Origin: Euglena gracilis
Taxonomy: Eukaryota
Length of the DNA: 64,000 bases
Assembly (NCBI GenBank): GCA_039621445.1
Contig: CP154954.1
Coordinates: 6,769,425 to 6,833,424 of the forward strand
Direction of reading: 5' to 3'
Shown one piece after another: positions 42,815 through 55,600 of this stretch; positions within the stretch are counted from its first letter, which is position 1; the number at the start of each line of letters is the position of its first letter. Below the pieces are notes generated by a model. The model was not told the origin of the DNA, did no database searches, and saw nothing but the letters and a program-made list of their open reading frames with translations. Both the position numbers and the translations under genes were made by a program.

Positions 42815-45672
42815 ATGGCCAACCAGGTCAGAGAGGGCAAAGTTTGGCTCTCCCCAGGGGGGGGGGGGGTTGATATTTTTCCGCAATTTTTCCGCAATTT
42901 CCGCAATTTTCCGTTTCCGCAATTTTCCGCAATTTTCCCGCTATTTCTGCAGTTTTTTCCGATGACACCATTCTTTGAATTTGTGCGGCTCACCGTCTCG
43001 CAATTCTGTCGCTGGCACCTGCATTTCATGTGAATGCCATGCTGACCTGTGAACATTTCTACAAACGTTCCCAAATCCAGTTGCCACTGGTCACAGGATT
43101 GGGTGCGTCCTACCTGTGCATAGAACTTCAAGCGTGTTGATTTGTGCTCGCCTGCATCGACGTGGGTGTTGCGGTGTTCTGAACCTCACAATTGAAAAAT
43201 TTCTAAGTCCCCTCAAGCAGAAATGTGTATATTCCCGATATCAATTTTCCGCAATTTTTCCCGCAATTTCCGCAATTTTTCCGCAATTTTTCCGCAATTT
43301 TTCCGAAGGCTTCCGATATCAATCCCCCCTTGCTCTCCCCTAGTATGTTATTTTGGCTACATTTGCTTATTTTGAGCCATATGAGGCATGTTATGTAGGT
43401 TTTGTGGGTGGGTGGGTGGGTGGGTGTATTACCTGTGTGCCTGCTTGTCTTGGTGTTCATGTGGCGTGTCTGCTTGCGCGCGAGCGTGCGTGTGTGCGTG
43501 TGTGTGTGTGTGTGTGCGTGTGTGTGCGTGTGTGTGCGCGCGCACGCGTGTGTGTGCATACTTGAGTGTGTTTTCTTGTGTACCGGAAAACACAATTTCC
43601 ACCGACATTCGCCGACAATTTCACCCCAACGGCCTGGGTGGTCCAGTTTGGCAGGCAATGTGCTTCCCACAGCCCAATAGGGAGCCAATGTGCCAAGGAG
43701 GGGTGCGGGGGGTCCATCGTCCGGGGTCCACTGATGTCCTCCGCGCCCTGTGGCCGACCCCCCCGAGGGGGACCCCCGCCCGGCCCTCGCCCGGCGGGCC
43801 GAGGCGGTGCTGCACGGCGCCCGCCTCGCGGCCCTCACCGCGCAGCTCGCCCGCTGCCTCGCCCGCACCGCGGCCGGCGAGGCGCCCGGCGCCCCGGAGC
43901 CGTCCCTGCCCGGGCCCCCACCGAGCACGGTTTGCTGTGTCGGCGTCGGCGCCAGCCACAACCTGTCAACGCCGCGGAGTTGCCGCGTTCCCCGCGACAG
44001 CTTTTTGAGGACTCGGAGGTTTCTTTGGACATAATTTTCATACTTGGCAAAAAGAAATGCCCCAAATTCTCTCCAAGGCACTCTTCAACCTTCAAGGAAT
44101 TTGAACTTTTTGGCACAAAATGTGTACTATTATGCACCCCCCCCCCCCGGAATGACGGCCAAGAGTGTGGAGTGTCGGCCCGCGCCGCCCCCCGTGGCGG
44201 ACCTCGGGGAGCAGCTGCGGGGGCTGGCGGCGCTGCTGCGGACGGCGGAAGTGCGTCTTAAGCAGTTGCCGGCGCTCTGTGCGCGGCTGGCGGCGGCGGA
44301 GATGGAGGCGGAGGACCTCCGGGGCCAGCTGGAAGTCGCCCTGCGGCGGCACCGGCGCAAGGGGCCGCTGCCCCTCGGGCCCCGGATGGGCGATTTGTGG
44401 CAGTCCGGAGTTGTTCGCCCTGGCAAACTTTCTTGTTGTGATGTGTTCTTTCAATAGTACCTTTTGTATTTTCTGTTTTCATTTTTTCAAGTATTTTTTT
44501 TGTTTCAAACAAAGTGTGTGCACGTCATACATCTCTCTAAGGTTTTGCGACCCCCCCCCCCCGAGGGGGCGGCTGCAGCCAGCCCCGATTTGGGCCCAGC
44601 CCAGCCGCAGCAGCACCCCCCCCCCTGGGCTGGCTAGCCCAGCTAGCCAGCCCCTTTTTTGTGGGTCCAGCCCAAAATTTTTCGGCGCAATTTTTTTGAA
44701 TTTTTTTGAAAAACTGTGTTCAAAAGTGGCCAAAAATGGGGTTTGGGGGGCGTTTGGGGCATTTTTGGGGGTTTCAGATGCATCATTTTTTCAAAACTGT
44801 GTTTTGCAGGTCATTTTTGGGCATTTTTCCGATTTCAGTCCAGTTTCCATTTTTTCCGATTCCAGTCCCCGGTTCGGGTCCAGCCGGGGTCCACCCCCCC
44901 CCCCCGGCGGGCGGGCTAGCCAGCCCAAATTTCTAGCCAGCCCAAATTTCTAGCCCTAGCCCAGCAACCCCCCCGGGGTCCTTAAAGAGATGTATGGTGT
45001 GCGTGTGCGCGCGTGTTTCTGTGTATGTGTGTGCGCGAGTGTGTGTGTGGGAAAGTGCCAAGGGTGTCAAGCCTGTGCCGTGCTTGTTGCCACGCTCCTT
45101 CCCCTTTGTTTTAATGCCGGTTTCTCCCTCGCAGCCCTCTTGGCCCTGGCTCTCACCCTTGCCCTCGCCACCACCCGTGAACTGGCTGACCGCCCTGACC
45201 GCGCAACTGCTTGCACCTGTTTTTCCGCCCCTATCCCCCAAGCCCAGATTGCCAAATACATTTCTCCGCCAGGAATTTCGAATATTTTTTTTTTTTTTGC
45301 TGATTTTTGATGTCAAGATTGTCGGTACCGGGTTTATGACCACCATACAGCGTCGAAGAAATAGTCGGAATGGTTTGTGTTGAGGAGGCCGTTGCCCAGC
45401 CCGGACCTCTTCCCCGGCCGCCCCCTGCATCCCGTCCCCGCAGCCGCCAACGGCTGCCGGTCCCTCCTGGCGGGGCGGCCACACTGCAACGGCGTCAGCC
45501 CCTGCGTTGTGGTCTCAGCAGCACCGCCAGTGCCGTCGCCACCGGACCACGCACTGCGCCGCCCCCTCCATACAGGGTTCCGTGAGAACGGCCTGCGCAT
45601 CGCATTTGTTCGCCAGCAGTTGGGGCAGAGGGTGGGGTTGTCATTGCTTTTCTTGATTGAGGATTTTTGCTC

Positions 45673-45717
<45 letters not shown>

Positions 45718-48700
45718 CAATGCCCTCAAGTTATCCCTTTGAAAGAATTTCGGATTTCGGACACGAGCCGAAGACAGCTTTCCGACATGACCAATGATGC
45801 CAACTGGCCTTGTAGAAACAAAATTCTGACAAGCACCGCCGGGCTGAAATTTTTTGTTCCGAAAATCTGCCAAAATGCCATTCCTGGCATTTTTCGAGCG
45901 AAAATTTTCCAAAATTGCCCAAAATTTGACCGTTTTTTTTTCCAGCAGGTTCCCAGTTGCCATCGGACGTTTTTAGACCCGTTGTCTAACGACCACCCCC
46001 GCCCCGTCAGAGAACACCCTTTGTTGGTCACAAACCACTGTCCAGCCACTCCCCACCCCCCGTGGAGGATAGGGTTTCCGGACGTTGGACACAGGGGGTA
46101 CAATATGTATGCCGAAGGAATGTGTCTGTGCTAATGTGCCTGTTCCAGAACAACTTTGGAGACACCTTCAGATGGCCAGGGTCTGCCCCCCCCCCCCGGG
46201 TCCCGTGCTGGACTGGGTGTTCCTTTTGGGAACCCCCACCCTCAGAAAACCTTGACCATACGGCGTCTTGTGTTCTTATGTGCAGATATAATATTTGTAA
46301 AATATTTATTATATGTTATTTATATTTACAAGGTGTATGTCTGTAGTCCCCTCTCCCCACATTGTCCCTCCCCTCTATGCCAGCCAAGTTATCAAACCGT
46401 ATTTATGCAATTGACTCACGGCAGAAATGCCAAGAAAGCCCATAATGGAGTTTCTCAACCCCCCCCCCCCAATAGAAGCACAAGGCCTCTACAAGCACAG
46501 GGTGCAAATAGAGGCACACCCCCCATTTTGATGGGATTTCTAAAGGAAATAAACAAAAATACGCGCAGGTAGGGTCCAAATAGAAGCACACCTCCCGCCG
46601 CCGGAGGCGGCGGTCCGCTGTAAGCGCACCCGTGCTTCTATTAGGGGGGGGGGTTTACGGGTAGTTTTGCCATACAAATGGTGCCCCGGCATTTATTTCT
46701 GCTTAAATGGAGTGGAATTTGAAATGGACGCCCTTTTTTCCAAGCACGCATGTAACCCGATTCATCAACTCACCAGCTCGCCACACTTGCACAATGTTTT
46801 GAGTTCTTATGTGACCCCTGACCCTAGCCGCTGCATTCCCTTTCCAACGTCCAGGCGATGATCTCACCCGAGGTTGGGCCTGCCTGCCAGCTCCCCGTGA
46901 TTAATCTTGAACTGTTGTTTTGTTTTCGGTTTTATGCCGCGCCGGCTTAATGCATTTTCCAAAAGAAGACTCCCAAAAATCAGAGACAGGACCCCCACAC
47001 CAAAAAAAAAAGAATACCCAATTTCCCCAGCAAAAATGCCAAAAAATAATTGTTGCTCCAGTGGGAAATCTTTTCGGTTTGCTTTTTGCTGACCGACTGA
47101 GGAAATGGCCCCAAGCTGGGTGGACAAATCAAGGTAAATAATAAAAATATCAAAGTAATAATAATGTTTCATTAATTATCTTTAGTTTCATTAATCATTT
47201 TTTGGTAGAATTTGGTATTCAACCGACTCTTCAGCCTTCAGCGGCTATTTCCCCCCCGCTTTTAATTGAGAAAACTGAACGAAATCAGATTATTATGTCT
47301 CCAACGTTTATGCAGTCCCTCCCCCCCCATTCTTTAGTCATTTTAAACTGTTTTCCAGCCGTTTTTGACCATTTTGGGCCCAGGCTTCATATAAAAGGGT
47401 GTTGGAAATAATTACAGCCCAAAATTTATGGCAAAATATTATCTGACCCACAAAGCAACAAAATGAAAATACAAGTCTTCTTTTTGGGTTTGCTTGCAGA
47501 AGATGACAATTTTGGAGGTCTTATTTGGGGGCATTCACAGGGTGGACAGAAATCACAGCAGAAAAAAATTGTTGGTGAACTGCCAAACATTTACCAAAGC
47601 GAATGTATTCATTTAATATACATCTGACCCCATACCCCCAGGGGTTGGGTGAGTGAGTGGGTGGGTTTTCGAGAGTGGCTGGGTGTGACTCTGGGCCCCC
47701 CGGGGGGTGGGAGGTGCCATATGGGTCAGATTTTGGCATTACTGAATGCCTGGCCAGAAATCTTTTTCGGTGTTCTCGGCCAATTTTGACTGGGTTTTGG
47801 GTGGGTGGGTGGGTGGGTGGGTGGTTCACCCACCCACCCACCGCAGGGGGGGGGGTGTTTTTTTTTGGGACAGCTTCAGGGGGTCCACCCATTGGTTACT
47901 TGGCCAGAACTCCTGCCTCCACTCTATTTGTGCTCCCCCTCGACCAGAATCCTCCCCTTTTGAAGGTTTTATCTATCCATCTGTTAACTGGTGTTGGCCT
48001 GCTCATCGGATTCCCGATCCTTCCTCTTGGCATCCGATCGGGGAGGAGTGGGATGTTTGTACTGCAAACACTCGGGCCGAGGAAACGCCCAGCGGTCCCA
48101 CCCACCTCGCCCCTGAGAAAAGATGCCGCAATTCAAACGTCGCTACCAGCCTCTCCCCAAGTGAAGTGGTCTTTTTTGAACAGAGCGCAGGAATGCAGTA
48201 TGCATTTTTGAGATTGTACCCCTCCTACTCGAGTTTGTTCTTGCTTTTCTAATTTGTTTTTTTTCCCTGCCCATTGCTTGATATGTTCCCTGAGGAGGCT
48301 GACTTTTTGGAGTTGGCTCCCCTAAAATTAAGTGACAGAATTTTGTAAAGTGGAAAACGTCTGGTTTCTGGGTGTCCTGACACCTTTCCCGGCCATTGGA
48401 AACTGTCCTCTACCATCCCACTCATGGGAATTTTTGTGTCTGCTGACCTGTTTCCTAACATTATTTGATGTAGTTGAAAACTATTTGAGAACTTTCCTCA
48501 AGAACGTTGAAATGAAACATTGAGTTGAAAAACATGTTTTTAGGCTTGTTATCACGAATGTGTGCACAGAAAATCTTTACTTTATTTTATTTTTTTGTGT
48601 CATTTAGATTTCTGTGTCAGCCCTTCATCCTTCGACACCTTCCAGCAGCCTGAGAGGTCAGTACCCCACAGCAAAGCACCGCACCATCCTTCCCCAAACG

Positions 48701-49592
48701 GTCCCTCCGCTAGCCAATGATGGACGCCGGTGGAATGGAAATTGTGGATTTATTTTGCCCAGCAGTTTTTCTCGTGCACATCTGCCGTTGCAGACCCGCA
48801 CTAACGCACGTCAGGCTGGGGGGGATGGCATTTGGGCCTCTCTGATCTGTACCCCCAAGACTTCTCACTGCTGTTGCCCAGAGACGGTTTCCCAGGCGGG
48901 GAAGGGGGAGGCGGTTTTTTTTTGTTGAAGCCTGTCCATCGTCCATGGCGGTGTGGAGAGGCCATCAGTGTAAGCAGCGAAAACGGCGTACCGTCCCTTT
49001 CTCAATGGTGTGGGGCTGCCGCCCTCCCCGGTGGTCGTACACGCCACCGGTACAGTCTGTGGATCCGGCAGATACGGTCGAAGCGCCACCCGCCGGGAGC
49101 TGTGCTTGCCCCCCCCCCCCCTGGGACTGTCTCATGTGTGTGTGTGCCAGATATATGCTTTGACTTAAATGAAAATGTGATCTGATGTATTTTTTGGCAA
49201 GGAACAGATGGAGAGCTTTCTTTTCAGTGTCTGATCACACCCATCTGCTATGATGGAGTCCTTCTGGTCTATTGTTTTTCTGCACAAAGGCGATGTTTGT
49301 GCAGATTTTAATTTGTCTTTCACCCGACCCCTCTGAAGAACTCTCTCCTGCCTCCATCTTTTACGATCGGTCGTCTTGGAACCTTTGTCCTCCCTTTTAG
49401 CCAAAGTCTCCAAACAAGTATGGCTGCCACCCACCAACGACCACCCTGTGGTCCCCACAGGGGACCTACTAAACCAAGCCGTTGTCGTCACAGAGAACAG
49501 GCTGCTGTGCATTGCTGGGAACAGAGGTGGGGCAATGTGGGGGGAGAACGAGGAGCGCCTGTGAGAGAAGCAGAGGGAGTGTGTGCACCTGC

Positions 49593-49670
<78 letters not shown>

Positions 49671-52600
49671 CGTGCGTGCGCGAGCGTGAGTGTCTGTGTG
49701 TGCACGCGCATGCGTGTGTGTTCGTGAGTGTGAGTGCCTGCGTGCGTGTGACTGTCCGTGCATGTGCATGTGTGTGCGTGTGCATGTGTTTGTTTTTCCC
49801 CATCTGTGGGCATGTCCTTATTTCCGAATGTGCGCATGCGCGCGTGTGTGGCACTGGCCGACCAAACTCCCGTGCAGCAGTCTGAGAGGGCCCCAGATCG
49901 TACAGCCGCCCGCGGAGCCTGAGGCCCAGCCGGTGTGTCTGCCGGAGAACAGGGCTGCGGTGCATGTGGTGGCCCTGAGGGACAGCCATGAGCTGCCTGG
50001 GCCACCGGGAGAGGTAAGGTCGAGGGCGACGCCGGCCGGGGCGGGGGATACGGTGGTACCGCGGTTGGCCCTTGGCTGTCTTTGTCACTGGCGCTGAAAG
50101 ACATGTGGCTGTCGGCAAGGCTTATTGTTTTATCCATACGTCAATATTTCATAGGCCATATGTTGTTTGTTTTATTCTTTTTTTAAATTCAGGTAAATTG
50201 ATTTTCGAATTGAATTATGTATATAATTTAATTATGCCAATGGCGTATTTGTTTATATTTCCCCTTATGTATTTTTAATTTGATATTCCTGTAACTTTTT
50301 CACCGTGGTGATTTAGGAGCTAGTTCTCGGAGGAGCTTGAAACGTTGTCATGAATTGAGGAAGTGGTGATTCACATTGAGGTCCAAATTATTGGTCGTTG
50401 GTTGTTGGTTGTTTCCAAAGGCAGCTCAGCAGCCAGGGACATCAAGGTGGGCAGGCTTTTTTTTTTTACCATTTGGCCCACACTCCAAAGTCTGGTATCA
50501 TTGATCGCCTTCCCTATTTGCTACCCTGCGAAAAAAGCACTGCTTAAAGCTATGTATCTCCCGTTGCCAAACACATGTGAAACGATTGGGCGTGATTGGC
50601 CGTGGGTGGACGTGAGTGGGCGTGTTTGGGCATGTCTGGGATTGAGGACCCTGAAAGGTATTGTGCCAGGGTCAAAACCCCAAAAGGTTTTATGGCTCCG
50701 GACAGTATTATGACTGGGCATGACTGCTCATGGTTGGGTGATCGGCTATTTGAGCATATCATCGTCCCAGGTCCAAGGTCCTTACATATGTAGTTACAAA
50801 ACCCAGAGGCTACCACAATATTCATCCTTGTCCAGAGAGGTGTGACTGGATAATTTTTGCACTTTTGGCCTTTTTTTTAGCCATTCTTGGCACTTTTTTT
50901 GGCATTCTTCTTCATTTTTATATATTTTCCCCTCCATTGATTATTTTTGCCAATTTTTTAAACCCACATTTGCCCATTTTTGGTCACGTTTTATTGTGCC
51001 CGACTGCTTTTGTCCATTCTTGTCACTTTTTTTGTCTGTTTTTGTCCAGTTTGACCATTTTTGGCTGCTTTTTGGAGACTTTTAGGCCATTTTTAAGGTC
51101 CTTTTTGTCAACCTTTGTACCATTTTGGGCAACTTTTGACCACTTTTTGCTATTTTTGAAATTGAAAGCAGCAAAATACGGCCAAAAGCAGTCAGAAGCA
51201 GCAAAAAGCGGCCAAAAGCAGTCAAAAGCAGCAAAGAGTCTCCAAAGGCAGTACAAAGTGGCCAACAGCAGTCAAACCATGCGAAAATGGCCAAAAGCAG
51301 TCAAAAGCAACAAGAAGTTGTCAAAGCATTCAAAAGCATGACAGGGGGGGGGTCGTTGGAAACAGTGGGATGCAAAGATTTGCAACAGGCAAGCACCCAT
51401 GGTCATCCAGAGCGACCGATCCCCCGGGTAGGACACCTCTTTGTTCTGAACCCAACAATCACCCCTGATTGGAGGATTGATATTACCGATCATTGGTCGT
51501 AGTTGAATGCCATTCTTCATTTGTATATGGGATCTCAAATGCTGACAGATTACACATACTGCCCCATTCTCAACGAAAGAGATGGGGGATGGGGACGTTT
51601 TGTGATTTTCGTCCCACCCTCATTTGTGGTGTTTTTGTGGCTTTCTATGTGTTTTTTTTGTCATCATGAAAGTGCAAAAGCAGCAGAGAATCTCTACCAG
51701 CCTCTGAAAGCACTTGGGGAAAATGAAGAGTATAGGACCCAGCTTTGAAAATCAAGAAACCAAAATGTGAGTAGAGACATATCCCCCGCCTTCCAAATAA
51801 ACTACCCCCCCCCTATGTCCAACGACCCCCCCCGGTCAAAGGCCACCTTTTCGGAGGTTTGATGTTTTTTTTTTGCAGGAGTGCGAAAACCGGAGGTTTG
51901 CCAGCCCTGAAAGGCTTTTTGTCCGTCCTTGTCCTCTACCCCGCAGCCCATTGTCCATTAAAATGTTCCCTCCAGGGAGTTTTGTGCATTATCTGAACGC
52001 TCCACCGGGGAGATAGTGCCTGCCGTTGTTGAAGGATTTTCACCACACTCCCAACATTCCACCGTGACATTTTCAGGTGTTTCCTAGGTTGTATGATGGA
52101 GTGAAGATGGTTTGCACTTTCCTTGCATGTTCTCTTGACGGATCTCCTCAACGAAATCGTCCAAGGTTGCCAGTTTTGGGTGCTATTTGAGTAAATATTT
52201 GTTGACAGGGCTGGAAATGAGGGCGCGAAGCGCCGGAAGGAAAATTTTGACCTGTTTGGGGGGTTTTGGCAATTTTTTTTCCCCCGACCCCCTGTCCAAC
52301 GACCTCCCCCCCCCCCGGTCAGAGGACAGAGGTTACTGGTCGTTGGACATAGGGGGGGGGGGGGCGGGGGACCATGGCCGTGCCTGAGAACCTTTCAGCT
52401 TGCCCTGTTGAGAAACTGTCAAGGTCCCCAGCACTGGCCAATTTTTTGTGGGGACAGCTACCCAACCTCCGAAATTCGCCGAGGGGTACATTGAGCCCAG
52501 ACAAAGGGGCCTGGCTGGGCCCAACCTGGACCTGGCGGAGGCGATGTTTGGCTCTCTGCTTGTCAGCAGCCTCGCCCAGAGGGTGGAGGGGGGCCCTGTG

Positions 52601-55600
52601 TTGGCGGTTGCACCCCCCCCCCCCAAGCAGCCAATGAGGGGGCTGTTTGTCCAACGACCGGGCCTGTCCAACTACCAGCGCCCAACGACAGCAGTCAGAT
52701 GTGATCGTTTTGTCCACGATGTTCAATAATTGCAGAATTGGGTGATTTACTCTGGATTTTTTTTCCTTTCTATTTTTCTGATAAGCTTCCTGACAAACAT
52801 AGCATGAAAACAGTCCAATGCCTCCCGAAGATGATCTCGTATTATCCAAATTGACTAAATTGATATTGCCAAAGTTTGGCAAAAAAAAGCCAAAAATGGT
52901 CAAAAATGGTCAAACAGTGACAAAAAATGCCCCCCCAAAATTGCCCCACAACGCAATGGCCATGTGGCCCCATCTGGGGCCATTTTTTGCAGACCCGCTT
53001 GTCCCCAACCCCCTTTGGTCGGAGGCGAACTCAGCTGTTTTGGCGACCCCTCCCACGGTCAGAGACAAATTGTTGATGGTTTTTGGACAAGGAGGGGAGG
53101 GAAATACTTTGCCCCCTCCCTCTGAGGACATATCGTCGGAGGACTCCCTGGTGGCAACCCCAATGACTGCAACCGCGTCGGCGGACGACTGTGACGGGGA
53201 CCGGCGGGGGAGCGGCGGGGACCCCGCGGCGCTGTGGCACGGGGAGGGCGGCAGTGGGCTACCCCCCTTCGGGCGCCCGCGGTCTGCCGGGGCGGAGACG
53301 GTCAGCCGGCCCCGGTCTGCCGGCACGGAGGCGGCCGAGGAGGCGTTGGCCGGGACATGGCTGGCACTGCCGCTTGGCAACCCTAAGAATGATGCCAAGA
53401 AAATAGGGAATCAGGTTGTATTTTAGGTGTTTCCTCCAAAAAATTGATGAAAATGAATTGTATATTGAAGTAACTGGCAGTAATTTCTTTTTGATGAGCC
53501 TTTGCCCGAAAAAGAGACAAAATTCATGTGCAAACTCCCCTTAATAGAGGCACAGGAGCGCTTGTAACGGGCCGCCGCCTTCGGCGGCGGGGGCGAAGGC
53601 GGCGGGGGCTGCGCTTCTATTTCCCTTCCTGCGCAATTTTTGTTGATTTCCTTTCGAACTCCCATCAGGGGGGGGGGTGCGATTGTGGCGGACTGCCGCC
53701 TTTTGGCGCTTTTTTTTTGGACCCTGTGCTTGTAGCGACTCTGCGCTTCTATTAGGGGAGTTTTCACAGAGGCGGCTGACTCCCCATGAGGCAAAGTTGC
53801 CCAGCATGCCCCAGTTCATCACCTTTATGAGCCAATTCGCCTTGTTCGGAAAAGCACAGCCCCGAAGTGGGCTGATCGGTGTATTTGAAAAAGTCGAAAA
53901 CGTTTCTGTCCAAATTTGTGGTGATGGCAACTGAAATCAAGAACCCAATCAACTTGATTGACAGGCAGGAGAGGCGTGGACGGGAACAGACAGAGGTTCA
54001 CCTTTTTGTTGGCCGCGTCCCGTTCAGGGCTGCCATGGAAGGCGCTGCGTCCAGTAATGGCCGCGTGTCTCTCTGGAGGATGCGGCAGATCATGGCGCAG
54101 GGGGAGAACGGCGGCCCAAGCTCCCCCACAGGCAAACATGGAAATGCTTTTGTGTGCGGCGCCGTTTGCAGCGCTCAACCGAGGCCCGAGTTGCGGTGCA
54201 TCGGGGCTCTGGTTGAGTGCTCTGGTCGCCCGGCTGCGTGTCCACTGCCGAATCCCCCCCTGTGCCTGCCAACCTATCGGGGTCAACTCCATTTGAATTC
54301 TTCAGTAAATTCCCCACACCCAGGAAGCTGGACCCCCGGTTCTGGCCAACCTTGCTGGTAACGTTTTCCCCCACCAGGCTCATTTTACAGCCGGTGCACC
54401 TACCTATGCACCAAACCCAGCACCCCACCGCGGGAAGGGTCGGGTGGGTCGGGTGCATAGATTCATTTAACACCTGTGTGACCCCCCGGGGGGTTTTGAG
54501 AGTGGGTTGGTGGGTTGGGCCTGAACCCCCCCCCCCCAGGGGGGTGGGGTGCGCTATGGGTCAGGGTTTTTCACAGCTGAATGACGCCCAGAAAAAATTT
54601 TCAGCTTTTTGTCGACCTTGGCTGGATTTTGGGTGGGTGGGTGGGTGGGGTTTAGGCCTGGGAAAAAGTGCCCCCCCCGGGGGTCACAAAAGTGAATCTA
54701 TGGCTGACCCCTGTATGGGGGAGTATTACTGGGGAAGGTTGCCCCCACAGTTGCGAGCCGCCAGACAGCGTGTGGGATATCCCCCTCGTCACTCCGATGA
54801 TCACCCGCCTGTTCTCCCATCGGTTCCTGGACGGGCAGTGACTTGTATCGAGGTGCCCACCAGGGCAGACCGGGAATCGGCCAAACAGCCAAGGTGTTTG
54901 GTGGGCCGACCACCCCCCACCTCTTCCAGTATTTCTGGTGCACTAATTTTTGACCCCTAAGAAAAATTTATGTGAAAATGCTGTGGTGGGTGGGGAGGGG
55001 GTCGACGATCCTCCCCCACCAGGCCATCCCGTTCTGCCCTGTTTCCCACCTATTGTCAGAGCTAAGCACGCCCGGTCACTCCCAGTCACGCCCAGTCATG
55101 TCGTAAGTGTTTGAAAATGTTTGAGGACTGGTGCCTCAGCTTGACACAGGCCAGGGGACCTATCCCCCGGTAAAAGAAGGGGTGAAAGAGATGACCCCTC
55201 CCATCTGAACAGTGGGTTCTGTGACTGGGCTTTAGGACCCCTAAAGACTGATTTGGGTCATCCTCTTTTTTTTCCCTCTTTCTTTGCCAAAAGTGTCCAT
55301 TCCCGAGGACCAGGGGAAGTAGTTGCTGCCCCCGCTTTCCCTCCCAAGGACAATGAGCTGCAGTTTTTTGAGTGAACGCAGGAACTGCAGTGATACAGGA
55401 AGTGGATTTAACGGGGAGGATGCAGGTAATTGGATGGACGTCATGGATGCTGGTATGTGAATGGATGACCGTAAAAGGGATGCAGCATTGAATGGATGGT
55501 GGCTCGACGGTCGACGCAGACTGGAGTGGATGCAGGTATTGAAGGTACACCACTGGCTTCAAAAGGCGATGCTGGGCAATCATGCTGGACAAGGACAACG

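Noticed and set aside
49165-50137. Long ORFs rich in HT or CV dipeptides (also 43203-44081)
   Set aside because: Translations of (GT)n microsatellites plus antisense overlap with GC-rich exons.
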